Assembly: GCA_022792945.1 (NCBI GenBank)
Contig: JAAWBZ010000083.1
Coordinates: 7,435 to 71,434, forward strand
DNA length: 64,000 nucleotides
Direction: 5' to 3'
Origin: Oscillospiraceae bacterium
GTDB taxonomy: Bacteria; Bacillota; Clostridia; Oscillospirales; Oscillospiraceae
The notes beneath the pieces were generated by a model. It saw nothing but the letters and a program-made list of their open reading frames with translations, was not told the DNA's origin and did not search any database. The position numbers and the translations under genes were made by a program. Shown here piece after piece: positions 9,311 through 17,114 of the stretch (its first letter is position 1; each line of letters begins with the position of its first letter).

Positions 9311-9990
9311 GTCATCATCATGCCATTGCCATCGACGGCCCCGCCGGGGCCGGCAAGAGCACCTTGGCCCGCCGGACGGCGGCGGCGCTGGGCTTCCGGT
9401 ATGTGGACACCGGGGCCATCTACCGCACCGTGGGCTATCACATGGACTTTTACGGCATCGGTCCGCGGGACACCGACGGGGTGACGCGGCTGATCGGCGA
9501 CGTGAACATCGAGATCACCTACGACGGCGCGGGCGCGCAGCACATGATTCTCAACGGCCGCGACGTGTCCGGGGATATCCGGACGCCGGAGATGTCGGCC
9601 ATTGCCTCGGCCATTTCGGCGCAGAGGGTGGTGCGCGAATATCTGCTGGAGATGCAGCGGGATCTGGCGCGGCGCTATGACGTGGTCATGGACGGGCGGG
9701 ACATCGGCACGGTGGTCCTGCCCGGGGCCGATGTGAAGATCTTCCTTACCGCCGCGCCGGAGATCCGCGCCCGGCGGCGCTATGAGGAGCTGCTGGCCAA
9801 GGGCCAGAAGGCGGTTTACGAGCAGGTCCTGGCGGACCTCCAGAAGCGCGACGCCCAGGACGCCGGCCGGAAGATCGCCCCCCTGCGGCAGGCCAAGGAC
9901 GCGGTGCTCCTGGATACCTCCGGCCTGGACCTGGACCAGGCGGCGGCGGCCATCGCCGGGATCGTGCGGGAAAAGCTGGGGATCGGATGA
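9307..9990 (+). CDS. cmk: Cytidylate kinase
   Basis: IAIDGPAGAGKST, DTGAIYR and MDGRDIGTVV motifs. Confidence 0.96.
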   Translation: MSHHHAIAIDGPAGAGKSTLARRTAAALGFRYVDTGAIYRTVGYHMDFYGIGPRDTDGVTRLIGDVNIEITYDGAGAQHMILNGRDVSGDIRTPEMSAIASAISAQRVVREYLLEMQRDLARRYDVVMDGRDIGTVVLPGADVKIFLTAAPEIRARRRYEELLAKGQKAVYEQVLADLQKRDAQDAGRKIAPLRQAKDAVLLDTSGLDLDQAAAAIAGIVREKLGIG

Positions 9991-10580
9991 GATTCTGGTA
10001 TGGCTTTCTCTGCGGTGTGGTGCGCGCCGCCATGGCCCTGTGGCACCCGGTGTTCCGGGTGACGGGGCGTGGGCATATCCCGGAGGGGCCCTGCGTGATC
10101 TGCGGCAACCACGCGGGGATGGCGGACCCCATCTGGGCCATTTTCGCGGTGAGGAACGGGACCTTCTTCCGCATCCTGGCCAAGGACCAGGTGATGCGCG
10201 TCCCGGTGCTGGGGCGGTTCCTCCGCTGGATCGGCGTCATCGGTGTCAAGCGGGGCGAGAGCGACCTGGCCGCGGTCAAGACGGCGCTCCGGGCGCTGAA
10301 AAACGGCGAAAAGCTGCTGGTATTTCCCGAGGGGACCCGGGTGAAGGGTGCGCGCATCCCCGCCAAGACCGGCGCGGTGATGCTGGCCCAGCGGGCGGGA
10401 TGCCCGGTGCTGCCCATGTACATTCAGCGCAGGCGCCGGCCCTTCGGGCCGCTGCGGGTGGCGTTCGGTGCACCGTATTGGGTGGAGACCGCCGGTCCCC
10501 GCCCCACGGCCGAGGAGCTGCGGCGGGAGGCCGACCGGGTTTTGGACGCGGCCTACGCCCTGGGGGAGGGGATCGGATGA
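9987..10580 (+). CDS. plsC: 1-acyl-sn-glycerol-3-phosphate acyltransferase
   Basis: NHxxxxD (NHAGMAD) and FPEGTR motifs. Confidence 0.9.
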   Translation: MRFWYGFLCGVVRAAMALWHPVFRVTGRGHIPEGPCVICGNHAGMADPIWAIFAVRNGTFFRILAKDQVMRVPVLGRFLRWIGVIGVKRGESDLAAVKTALRALKNGEKLLVFPEGTRVKGARIPAKTGAVMLAQRAGCPVLPMYIQRRRRPFGPLRVAFGAPYWVETAGPRPTAEELRREADRVLDAAYALGEGIG

Positions 10581-12529
10581 AGGTGACGCTTGCCAGGACG
10601 GCGGGCTTCTGCTTCGGCGTCTCCCGGGCGGTGGAGATGGTGGAGCAGGCTGTCCGGGACGGGCGGCGGGCCGTGACTCTGGGGCCGATTATCCACAACC
10701 GCCATGTGGTGGGCCGCTTCGCGCGGATGGGCGTGGCGGAGGCCGCCCGGGTGGAGGACATCCCCGACGGATGCGCCGTGATCATCCGCAGCCACGGCGT
10801 GGCACGGGCGGTCTACGCGCAGCTGGAGCGGCGGGGCCTCACCGTGCTGGACGCCACCTGTCCCTTCGTCCGGCGCATCCATAAGATTGTCCGGGACGCG
10901 GAGGCCCGGGGCCGCAGGCCCCTGATCATCGGCACGCCGGCGCATCCGGAGGTGGCGGCCATCGCCGGCTGGTGTGACCGCCCGCTGGTGTTTGAGGGCG
11001 CTGGGGCGCTCTCGGCGTGGCTCGCGGAGGACCCTCGGAACGCCCGGATGCCCCTGTCCATGGTCTCGCAGACCACCGGGACGCAGGAAATTTGGAATTC
11101 CTGCTGTAAAATCGTAAAAAAAGTGTGTACAAACTGCGAAATATTTGATACAATATGTGGAGCGACGGAAAAACGGCAGAAAGAAGCCATAGCCCTGGCG
11201 GGGTTGTGCGATGCGATGGTCATAGTCGGTGACGCGATGAGCTCCAACACAAAGCGCCTCTCCATGATTTGCAGGCAGTACTGTAAAAAGGTGGCTTTGG
11301 TGGACAATGCCGATGAATTGGACACAAAGCTGTTCTCTGGTGTTCGGTCCGTTGGTATCACGGCCGGTGCCTCGACGCCGGCGTGGATAATAAAGGAGGT
11401 CATCAATCAAATGAGCGACGAGATCAAGGTTGAAAACGCAGCGATGGAGGAGAGCTTTGCTGATCTGCTGGAGCAGTCCATCAAAACTTTAAATACAGGA
11501 GAGAAAGTCACCGGCGTAGTCACATCCATCACGCCCACCGAGGTCTATGTGGACCTGGGCGCGAAGCACGCCGGCTACATCCCTTACAGCGAGATCAGCA
11601 GCGACCCCGCGGTGAAAGCGGAGGATGTGTTCCACGTGGGCGACGAGGTGGAGGTCTATGTGGTCCGCGTCAACGACGTGGAGGGCACCGTGATGCTTTC
11701 CAAGCGCCGCCTCGACTCTGTGAAGAGCTGGGACGAGATCGAAACCGCGTGTGAGGAAAAGACCGTGGTGGAGGGCGTCATCACCGAGGAGAACAAGGGC
11801 GGACTGGTGGCCAGCGTCAAGGGTGTGCGTGTGTTCATCCCCGCCTCCCAGACCGGCATTCCCAAGGGCGGCGAGCTGGGCCAGCTCCTCAAGCAGACCG
11901 TCAAGATGAAGATCACCGAGGTCAACCGCGCCCGCCGCCGCGTGGTGGGTTCCATCCGTGCCGTAGCCGCCGAGGCCCGCAAGGCCGCCGCGGAGAAGAT
12001 CTGGAGCGAGATCGAGGTGGGCAAGAAGTACCACGGCGTGGTCAAGAGCCTGACCAGCTACGGCGCATTTGTGGATATCGGCGGCGTGGACGGCATGGTG
12101 CACGTCTCCGAGCTGAGCTGGAGCCGCATCAAGAACCCTGCCGAGGTGGTCAAGGCCGGCGACGAGATCGACGTCTTTGTCATCTCCTATGACCCCGAGA
12201 AGAAGAAGATCTCCCTGGGCTACAAGACCGCGGAGACCAACCCCTGGAACATCTTCATGAACAGCTTCTCCGTGGGCGACGTGGCCAAGGTGAAGGTGGT
12301 CAAGCTGATGACTTTCGGCGCCTTTGCCGAGATCATCCCCGGCGTGGACGGCCTGATCCACATCTCCCAGATTGCCGACCGCCGCATCGGCAAGCCCGAG
12401 GATGTGCTCTCTGAGGGGCAGGAGGTCGATGCCAAGATCATCGACGTGGACGCCGAGAACAAGCGTATTTCCCTGTCCATCCGCGCGCTGCTGGTTCCCT
12501 CTGAGGACGAGTACGACGGCGAGGACTGA
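10577..12529 (+). CDS. ispH: Bifunctional 4-hydroxy-3-methylbut-2-enyl diphosphate reductase / 30S ribosomal protein S1 (650 aa)
   Basis: True start is ATG 10577 (MKVTLARTAGFCFGV). IspH Cys motifs GFCFGV, DATCP, DTIC plus SSNT and GASTP; then four S1 domains with no intervening stop. Confidence 0.95.
   Translation: MKVTLARTAGFCFGVSRAVEMVEQAVRDGRRAVTLGPIIHNRHVVGRFARMGVAEAARVEDIPDGCAVIIRSHGVARAVYAQLERRGLTVLDATCPFVRRIHKIVRDAEARGRRPLIIGTPAHPEVAAIAGWCDRPLVFEGAGALSAWLAEDPRNARMPLSMVSQTTGTQEIWNSCCKIVKKVCTNCEIFDTICGATEKRQKEAIALAGLCDAMVIVGDAMSSNTKRLSMICRQYCKKVALVDNADELDTKLFSGVRSVGITAGASTPAWIIKEVINQMSDEIKVENAAMEESFADLLEQSIKTLNTGEKVTGVVTSITPTEVYVDLGAKHAGYIPYSEISSDPAVKAEDVFHVGDEVEVYVVRVNDVEGTVMLSKRRLDSVKSWDEIETACEEKTVVEGVITEENKGGLVASVKGVRVFIPASQTGIPKGGELGQLLKQTVKMKITEVNRARRRVVGSIRAVAAEARKAAAEKIWSEIEVGKKYHGVVKSLTSYGAFVDIGGVDGMVHVSELSWSRIKNPAEVVKAGDEIDVFVISYDPEKKKISLGYKTAETNPWNIFMNSFSVGDVAKVKVVKLMTFGAFAEIIPGVDGLIHISQIADRRIGKPEDVLSEGQEVDAKIIDVDAENKRISLSIRALLVPSEDEYDGED
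11126..11154 (+). promoter_or_regulatory. Putative internal sigma-A promoter inside ispH
   Basis: TGTACA-17-TACAAT with TGn extension and upstream A-tracts, in an AT-rich island within a GC-rich CDS. Confidence 0.55.
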
Positions 12530-12543
12530 TCCCGGAACATTCT

Positions 12544-12576
12544 AAAAACGGGCCGTCTCAGACGGCCCGTTTTTTT
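12544..12576 (+). terminator. Intrinsic terminator after ispH-rpsA
   Basis: AAAAACGGGCCGTC-TCA-GACGGCCCGTTTTTTT. Confidence 0.9.
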
Positions 12577-12588
12577 CGGAGGCACTGC

Positions 12589-13041
12589 ATGAACATTGAC
12601 TTTTTATACAATTGCCCGCAGCTGGCGCCGCAGGTGACGGCGCTGCTGGAGCAGGCGTTCGGAATGGCACTGGGCGAGCGGTTCTATGGGGAGCTGACCG
12701 CGCATTCCATGACGCCGGGCCAGCTGCCGCTGACCATTGCGGCCTGGGAGGGAGAGGCGCTGCTGGGTACTGTGGGCCTCTGGCGGACGGACCTGCTGCC
12801 GCGGCAGGACCTGACGCCCTGGCTGGCCTGCCTGGCGGTGCAGGAGGCGCATAGGCGGCGCGGCATCGGGACAGCTCTGCAAAACTTCCTGGCGCGCGCC
12901 GCCCGGGACATGGGGTTTGAAACGGTCTATCTCTATACGACGCTGGTGGATTACTATGAGAAAACAGGCTGGGTGCACTTTGACGGCGGCTATGAGCTGA
13001 TCGACGGCAGCGCGCAGAAAATTTACCGCCTGGACCTGTAG
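12589..13041 (+). CDS. GNAT family N-acetyltransferase
   Basis: PWLACLAVQEAHRRRGIGTAL acetyl-CoA motif A; YYEKTGW. Confidence 0.88.
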   Translation: MNIDFLYNCPQLAPQVTALLEQAFGMALGERFYGELTAHSMTPGQLPLTIAAWEGEALLGTVGLWRTDLLPRQDLTPWLACLAVQEAHRRRGIGTALQNFLARAARDMGFETVYLYTTLVDYYEKTGWVHFDGGYELIDGSAQKIYRLDL

Positions 13042-13054
13042 GGAGGGAGCAAAC

Positions 13055-14695
13055 ATGCATCAACGACAGCCCGACCTCATCCTCCGCGGCGGGACCATTG
13101 TGGACGGCACTGGCGCGCCGCGGTACTACGCCGACGTGGCCGTCCGCGGGGCGCGGATTGACTATATCGGGGACCTGCGGGGCATGCGCGCGCCGCTGGA
13201 GATCGATGCCCGGGGGAAATTCGTGACGCCGGGGTTCATCGACAGCCATTCCCACGCCGACGCCACCATCTGGGGCAATCCGGAGTGCCAGAGCCTGGTG
13301 CGGCAGGGGATCACCACAGCGGTGGTGGGCAACTGCGGCTTTTCCAAGCGGACGTTCCTGGACGGCGTGGCCTGGGACCCCAAAGGGGCGGATATCCAAT
13401 GCGTCTACAATCTGCCGGGGCCGGACTATCCCAAAGGGTCCATGGCGGCGGTGCTGGACAGGGCCGAGGGCATGGGCACGTCCCTGAATACGGCGTGGCT
13501 CTGCGGACACAACGACCTGCGGGTGCTGGCGGGGCTGTACACCGCTGATTACACCGAGGCGCAGTTCGCGGTGATGGCTGGCTTTCTGCGGGAGGCCATG
13601 GAGGCGGGGTTCATCGGCCTCTCCACGGGGCTGGAGTTTGTGCCGGGCATCCTCTCCAGGCCGGAGGAGGTGGAGCGGCTGGCGGCTGTTGCCGGCGAGT
13701 ACGATGCCAACTACGCCAGCCATATGCGCGATGAGGGGACGTACATCCTTGAGGCGGTGGAGGAGTTTTTGAACGTGATCCGCAAAACCGGCCTGCGGGG
13801 GACCATCTCCCACCTGAACGTGAAGTACGACAACGGCGTGCCCAACGACTACCTGCAAAAGGCCATGCAGCTGCTGCGGGACGCCCGTGAGCGGGAGCAT
13901 CTGAACGTTCTGACCGACATGCTGCCCACCTGCTTTGCCACCGGCGGGGCGCTGGCGATCCTGCCGCCGTGGCTCTACGAGGACGGCTGGGACCGGGCGC
14001 GGGAGATTCTGGCGGACCCGGCGGGGCGTAAGCGGGTGAAAGCGGACTGCGACCGGTACTGGCGCTTCCTGGCGGCGGGGCAGTGGGACCGGCTGCTCTA
14101 TATCCAGCCGCCCTACCAGCCGGAGCTGTGTACCCGGCCCTTTGGTGAGCTGGCGCAGGAGGCGGGCCGCAGTCCCTTCGACTACTTCCTGGACGTGATG
14201 CAGGCCGCGCCGACCCTGGCCGACGCCGAGCGGGTCCACATGCAGGGGACGGTGTTCCATGAGCAGACTATGATTGAGAGCGTGGTGCGGGACCCCCTCT
14301 ACCTGTGGATGACCGACTCCATGGCCACGGTGGAGGACGGCCCGCTGGCCCGGAATACCGCCAACCTCCAGGAGTACATGAGCATGACCTACTTTTTCAC
14401 CCGCTATGTGCGGGATTTGAAGGTCATTTCTCTGGAGCAGGCGCTGATGAAGGTTTGCTCCGTCCCGGCGCGGCACTACCGCCTGACGGGGCGCGGCGTG
14501 CTGGCCGAGGGGTATTACGCCGACCTTAACGTCTTTGATCTGGACGCGCTGGAGGTCCGCGCAACGTTTGCGGACATCTGCCGGTACTGCGCCGGGATGG
14601 ACTATGTGATTGTCAACGGTCAGCCGGTGATCGCCCAGGGGCGGCACACCGGGGCGCGCCCGGGCCAGGTGCTGCGGCATCTGCCGGCGCGGTGA
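13055..14695 (+). CDS. N-acyl-D-amino-acid deacylase family amidohydrolase
   Basis: GGTIVDGTG, PGFIDSHSH, VVGNCG, SHMRDE, ISH and GYYADLNVFD motifs. Confidence 0.88.
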   Translation: MHQRQPDLILRGGTIVDGTGAPRYYADVAVRGARIDYIGDLRGMRAPLEIDARGKFVTPGFIDSHSHADATIWGNPECQSLVRQGITTAVVGNCGFSKRTFLDGVAWDPKGADIQCVYNLPGPDYPKGSMAAVLDRAEGMGTSLNTAWLCGHNDLRVLAGLYTADYTEAQFAVMAGFLREAMEAGFIGLSTGLEFVPGILSRPEEVERLAAVAGEYDANYASHMRDEGTYILEAVEEFLNVIRKTGLRGTISHLNVKYDNGVPNDYLQKAMQLLRDAREREHLNVLTDMLPTCFATGGALAILPPWLYEDGWDRAREILADPAGRKRVKADCDRYWRFLAAGQWDRLLYIQPPYQPELCTRPFGELAQEAGRSPFDYFLDVMQAAPTLADAERVHMQGTVFHEQTMIESVVRDPLYLWMTDSMATVEDGPLARNTANLQEYMSMTYFFTRYVRDLKVISLEQALMKVCSVPARHYRLTGRGVLAEGYYADLNVFDLDALEVRATFADICRYCAGMDYVIVNGQPVIAQGRHTGARPGQVLRHLPAR

Positions 14696-14753
14696 GCAAA
14701 GCGCGGCCTGCAGCGGCTGACGGAAAAATCTGCGAAATGGACGGGCTTTTTGT

Positions 14754-16001
14754 ATGCGAAAGATCCAAAAGGGGTACCGCTGGCTGACCGTAGCGGGGTC
14801 CATGGTGATCGGGCTGCTGGGCGGGCTGATCTACGCCTGGAGCATCTTTGTCAGGCCGGTGTGCGCCGCCTACGGCTGGGAGACCAACCAGGTGGTGCTC
14901 ATGGGCAACGTGATGATGGCGTGCTTCAGTGTGGGGACGTTCCTGGGCGGCCTGATCTGGCCGCGGTGCGGCCTGCGGCGGACCGGCGTTCTGGGGACGG
15001 TGCTGTTCAGCGGGGCGGTGGTCTGCGCGGCCTACGCGCCCTCGCCGGCGGCGATGTACCTCAGCTGGGGCGTCGCGGGCGGTGTTGGCATCGGCATCCT
15101 CTACTCTATTGGGATGTACGCGGCCTCAGCTTGGTTCCCGAAGAAGCGGGGAAGCGTGATGTCGCTGTTCCTCATGTGCTTCGGCCTCGCGCCCACGGTG
15201 CTGGCCAAGCCCCTCACCGTCCTGCTTACGCAGCTGGGCGTGCGGCATACGATGCTGGGACTGGGCGTGAGTCTATTTGTGGTGCTGGGCGGCATCTCCG
15301 CGTTCCTCATGCGGATGCCGCCGGCCACCTGGGGTGCGGCGCCGGCGGCTCAGGCCGCGCCCCAGGCGATGACGCCCTGCACCCTGCGGGAGGCGGTGCG
15401 CACCGGGACCTTCTGGCTGTTTGCCGGCGGCATCTTCTGCCTGACGAGCCCCTACGCCTTCATCAACTCCTTTACCACGGTCTACGCCGTGGACTACCGG
15501 GGCCTTAGCGGGGCGCAGGCGGTGTGGATCGTATCGGCGGCGGGCCTGGGCGCGGCGGGCGGCCGGCTGCTGGGCGGCGTCGTCTCGGACCGGCGGGGCT
15601 GCCGGACGGCGGTGGCCCTGGCGTGCCTCAGCTCCATGACGTCCTGCGTGCTGCTGCTCCTGTGCAGCGGCTTTTGGGGGGTGCTGCTGGCGTTTGTGCT
15701 GGTGTCGGTGGGCTTTGGCCTGCGGGCGCCAGTGTACGGGCTGTGGCCGGTGGACCGCTTCGGTGCGGAGACCGCCGGGTCAGTGTACGGCGCGGCCAGC
15801 CTCGCGGCGATCCCGGCGGTGTTGCTGGCCCCGATGCTGACGGCGGCGGCCTCCTATCCGGTCTCCACGGTCTGCGCCTTTCTGGCGGCGATCCTGGGGC
15901 TGGCGGCGTTCCTTGCGACGCCGCGGTATACGCCGCTGATGCGGAAAAATGGGCTCAAACCCAATAATTTAGAATGCTGTGGAGCAGATGGCAGACGGTG
16001 A
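14754..16001 (+). CDS. MFS transporter (OFA-like)
   Basis: About 12 TM segments, YAWSIF, WFPKKRG and GVVSDRRG loop motifs. Confidence 0.85.
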   Translation: MRKIQKGYRWLTVAGSMVIGLLGGLIYAWSIFVRPVCAAYGWETNQVVLMGNVMMACFSVGTFLGGLIWPRCGLRRTGVLGTVLFSGAVVCAAYAPSPAAMYLSWGVAGGVGIGILYSIGMYAASAWFPKKRGSVMSLFLMCFGLAPTVLAKPLTVLLTQLGVRHTMLGLGVSLFVVLGGISAFLMRMPPATWGAAPAAQAAPQAMTPCTLREAVRTGTFWLFAGGIFCLTSPYAFINSFTTVYAVDYRGLSGAQAVWIVSAAGLGAAGGRLLGGVVSDRRGCRTAVALACLSSMTSCVLLLLCSGFWGVLLAFVLVSVGFGLRAPVYGLWPVDRFGAETAGSVYGAASLAAIPAVLLAPMLTAAASYPVSTVCAFLAAILGLAAFLATPRYTPLMRKNGLKPNNLECCGADGRR

Positions 16002-16413
16002 ACGCGGCGGCGGGGACCAGCGCGGCGAGGTTCCGGTGGCCCGCGGTGTAGAACAGGAAGGAGAGGCACGGCGGCACGGTCAGCAGCGCCAGAACCAACG
16101 CGCCGGCGTTTCCGTCGTAGTAGGCGGCCCAGCCCGCGTAGTACGCCAGGACGCACAGCGCCGCCGCGGCGTTCCAGGGCGCGCGCCGGACCGCGGCTGC
16201 CTCCCGCCGCCGGAGCAGACAGAGCGCCGCTGCCAGCAGAACCTGAAGAACCGAGGCGACGGCATCCAGGACCGGCGTGAGGGATTCGGCCCGCAGGATG
16301 TCGCAGGGGGCCGGGACGGCAAACCAGAGGAAATTGGGCAGCATCACGGCCAGAAACAGCGCCAGCCCCCAGCGGTCCAGGCCGAATTGATAGGATGTTC
16401 GCAGCATGTTCAT
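15955..16413 (-). CDS. Hypothetical integral membrane protein (152 aa)
   Basis: ATG 16413 after GGAGG; 4-5 hydrophobic segments (VMLPNFLWF). The track start at 16620 is an over-extension. Confidence 0.7.
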   Translation of the reverse strand: MNMLRTSYQFGLDRWGLALFLAVMLPNFLWFAVPAPCDILRAESLTPVLDAVASVLQVLLAAALCLLRRREAAAVRRAPWNAAAALCVLAYYAGWAAYYDGNAGALVLALLTVPPCLSFLFYTAGHRNLAALVPAAAFTVCHLLHSILNYWV

Positions 16414-16465
16414 TCCGCCTCCCTGGCAAGCCGGCGCGCGGTGCGCCGGTGAGATCGTTCGCGCC

Positions 16466-16502
16466 AAAAGAAAACCCGACGCGTGGCGTCGGGTCTTCTT
16501 TT
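16466..16502 (-). terminator. Intrinsic terminator (potentially bidirectional)
   Basis: AAAAGAAAACCCGACGC-GTG-GCGTCGGGTCTTCTTTT on the + strand, with U-rich tails in both directions. Confidence 0.85.
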
Positions 16503-16579
16503 GAAGAAAGAGAAGAGAAAAGGGGGAGAAAAGGAGGTCCGGCGCGCATCGGCACTTGCTGGCCGGGCTTCCTTTTGAC
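16466..16579 (-). ncRNA. Candidate CU-rich small RNA or leader RNA
   Basis: -10 TAGACT (16591-16586), 5' GC hairpin, tract ACCUCCUUUUCUCCCCCUUUUCUCUUCUCUUUCUUC, then a terminator; no credible ORF. Confidence 0.6.
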
Positions 16580-16585
16580 AGTTTC

Positions 16586-16639
16586 AGTCTAACGGATAAT
16601 TTTGAATGTATTATGAACAAACGAGAAACAATTCTTGAA
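16586..16639 (-). promoter_or_regulatory. Promoter with four 11-bp-periodic direct repeats (OmpR/PhoB-type operator array)
   Basis: Minus strand TTCAAG-N5-TTTCTC-N5-TTCATA-N5-TTCAAA-N9-TAGACT. Confidence 0.5.
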
Positions 16640-16696
16640 CAATGCCAGAGTCCGCTAAAGCTGCCACGGCCAGACTGGCGTGCTAAAAATTACCCT

Positions 16697-16725
16697 GCAT
16701 AGAAAAAAACCGCCGGGCAAAGCTA
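16697..16725 (+). promoter_or_regulatory. Forespore (SigG/SigF-type) promoter for the SASP gene
   Basis: GCATA (16697-16701) then GGCAAAGCTA (16716-16725) upstream of a SASP gene. Confidence 0.5.
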
Positions 16726-16768
16726 TGACTGTCCAAACGGGACAAAAGAATGAAGGAGGAGTTTCAAC

Positions 16769-16963
16769 ATGAAGAGCAACAACAATGCAGTCGTTCCCGA
16801 AGCCCGCGAAGCCCTTGACAAGTTTAAGATGGAGGCCGCCTCTGAGGTGGGCGTCAACCTGAAGCAGGGCTACAACGGCAACCTGACCTCCCGCGAGGCC
16901 GGCAGCGTCGGCGGCCAGATGGTCAAGAAGATGATCGAGGAGTACGAGCGCAACATGAAGTAA
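16769..16963 (+). CDS. Alpha/beta-type small acid-soluble spore protein
   Basis: VPEAREALDKFKMEAASEVGV and NLTSREAGSVGGQMVKKMI motifs; AAGGAGG SD. Confidence 0.96.
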   Translation: MKSNNNAVVPEAREALDKFKMEAASEVGVNLKQGYNGNLTSREAGSVGGQMVKKMIEEYERNMK

Positions 16964-17012
16964 TTCATGCCGCTCGGTATCTGCCTGCCGGAGCGCCAGC
17001 GGACGGATACGG

Positions 17013-17042
17013 GGGCCTGGCGGCTTGCCGCCGGGCCCTTTT
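17013..17042 (+). terminator. Intrinsic terminator after the SASP gene
   Basis: GGGCCTGGCGG-CTTG-CCGCCGGGCCC-TTTT. Confidence 0.75.
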
Positions 17043-17114
17043 CCATATTGGGTCAGTTGGCGGAAAAAAACGCGGCGGCTGTGGTATAATAGAGAAAACT
17101 TGGAGGTGATCCCC

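Noticed and set aside
9782-10576. N-terminal extension of the 915-aa ORF
   Set aside because: Overlaps cmk and plsC in another frame; IspH homology starts at ATG 10577.
16414-16620. N-terminal extension of the 221-aa minus ORF
   Set aside because: It reads through the promoter, CU tract and terminator; a good SD supports ATG 16413.
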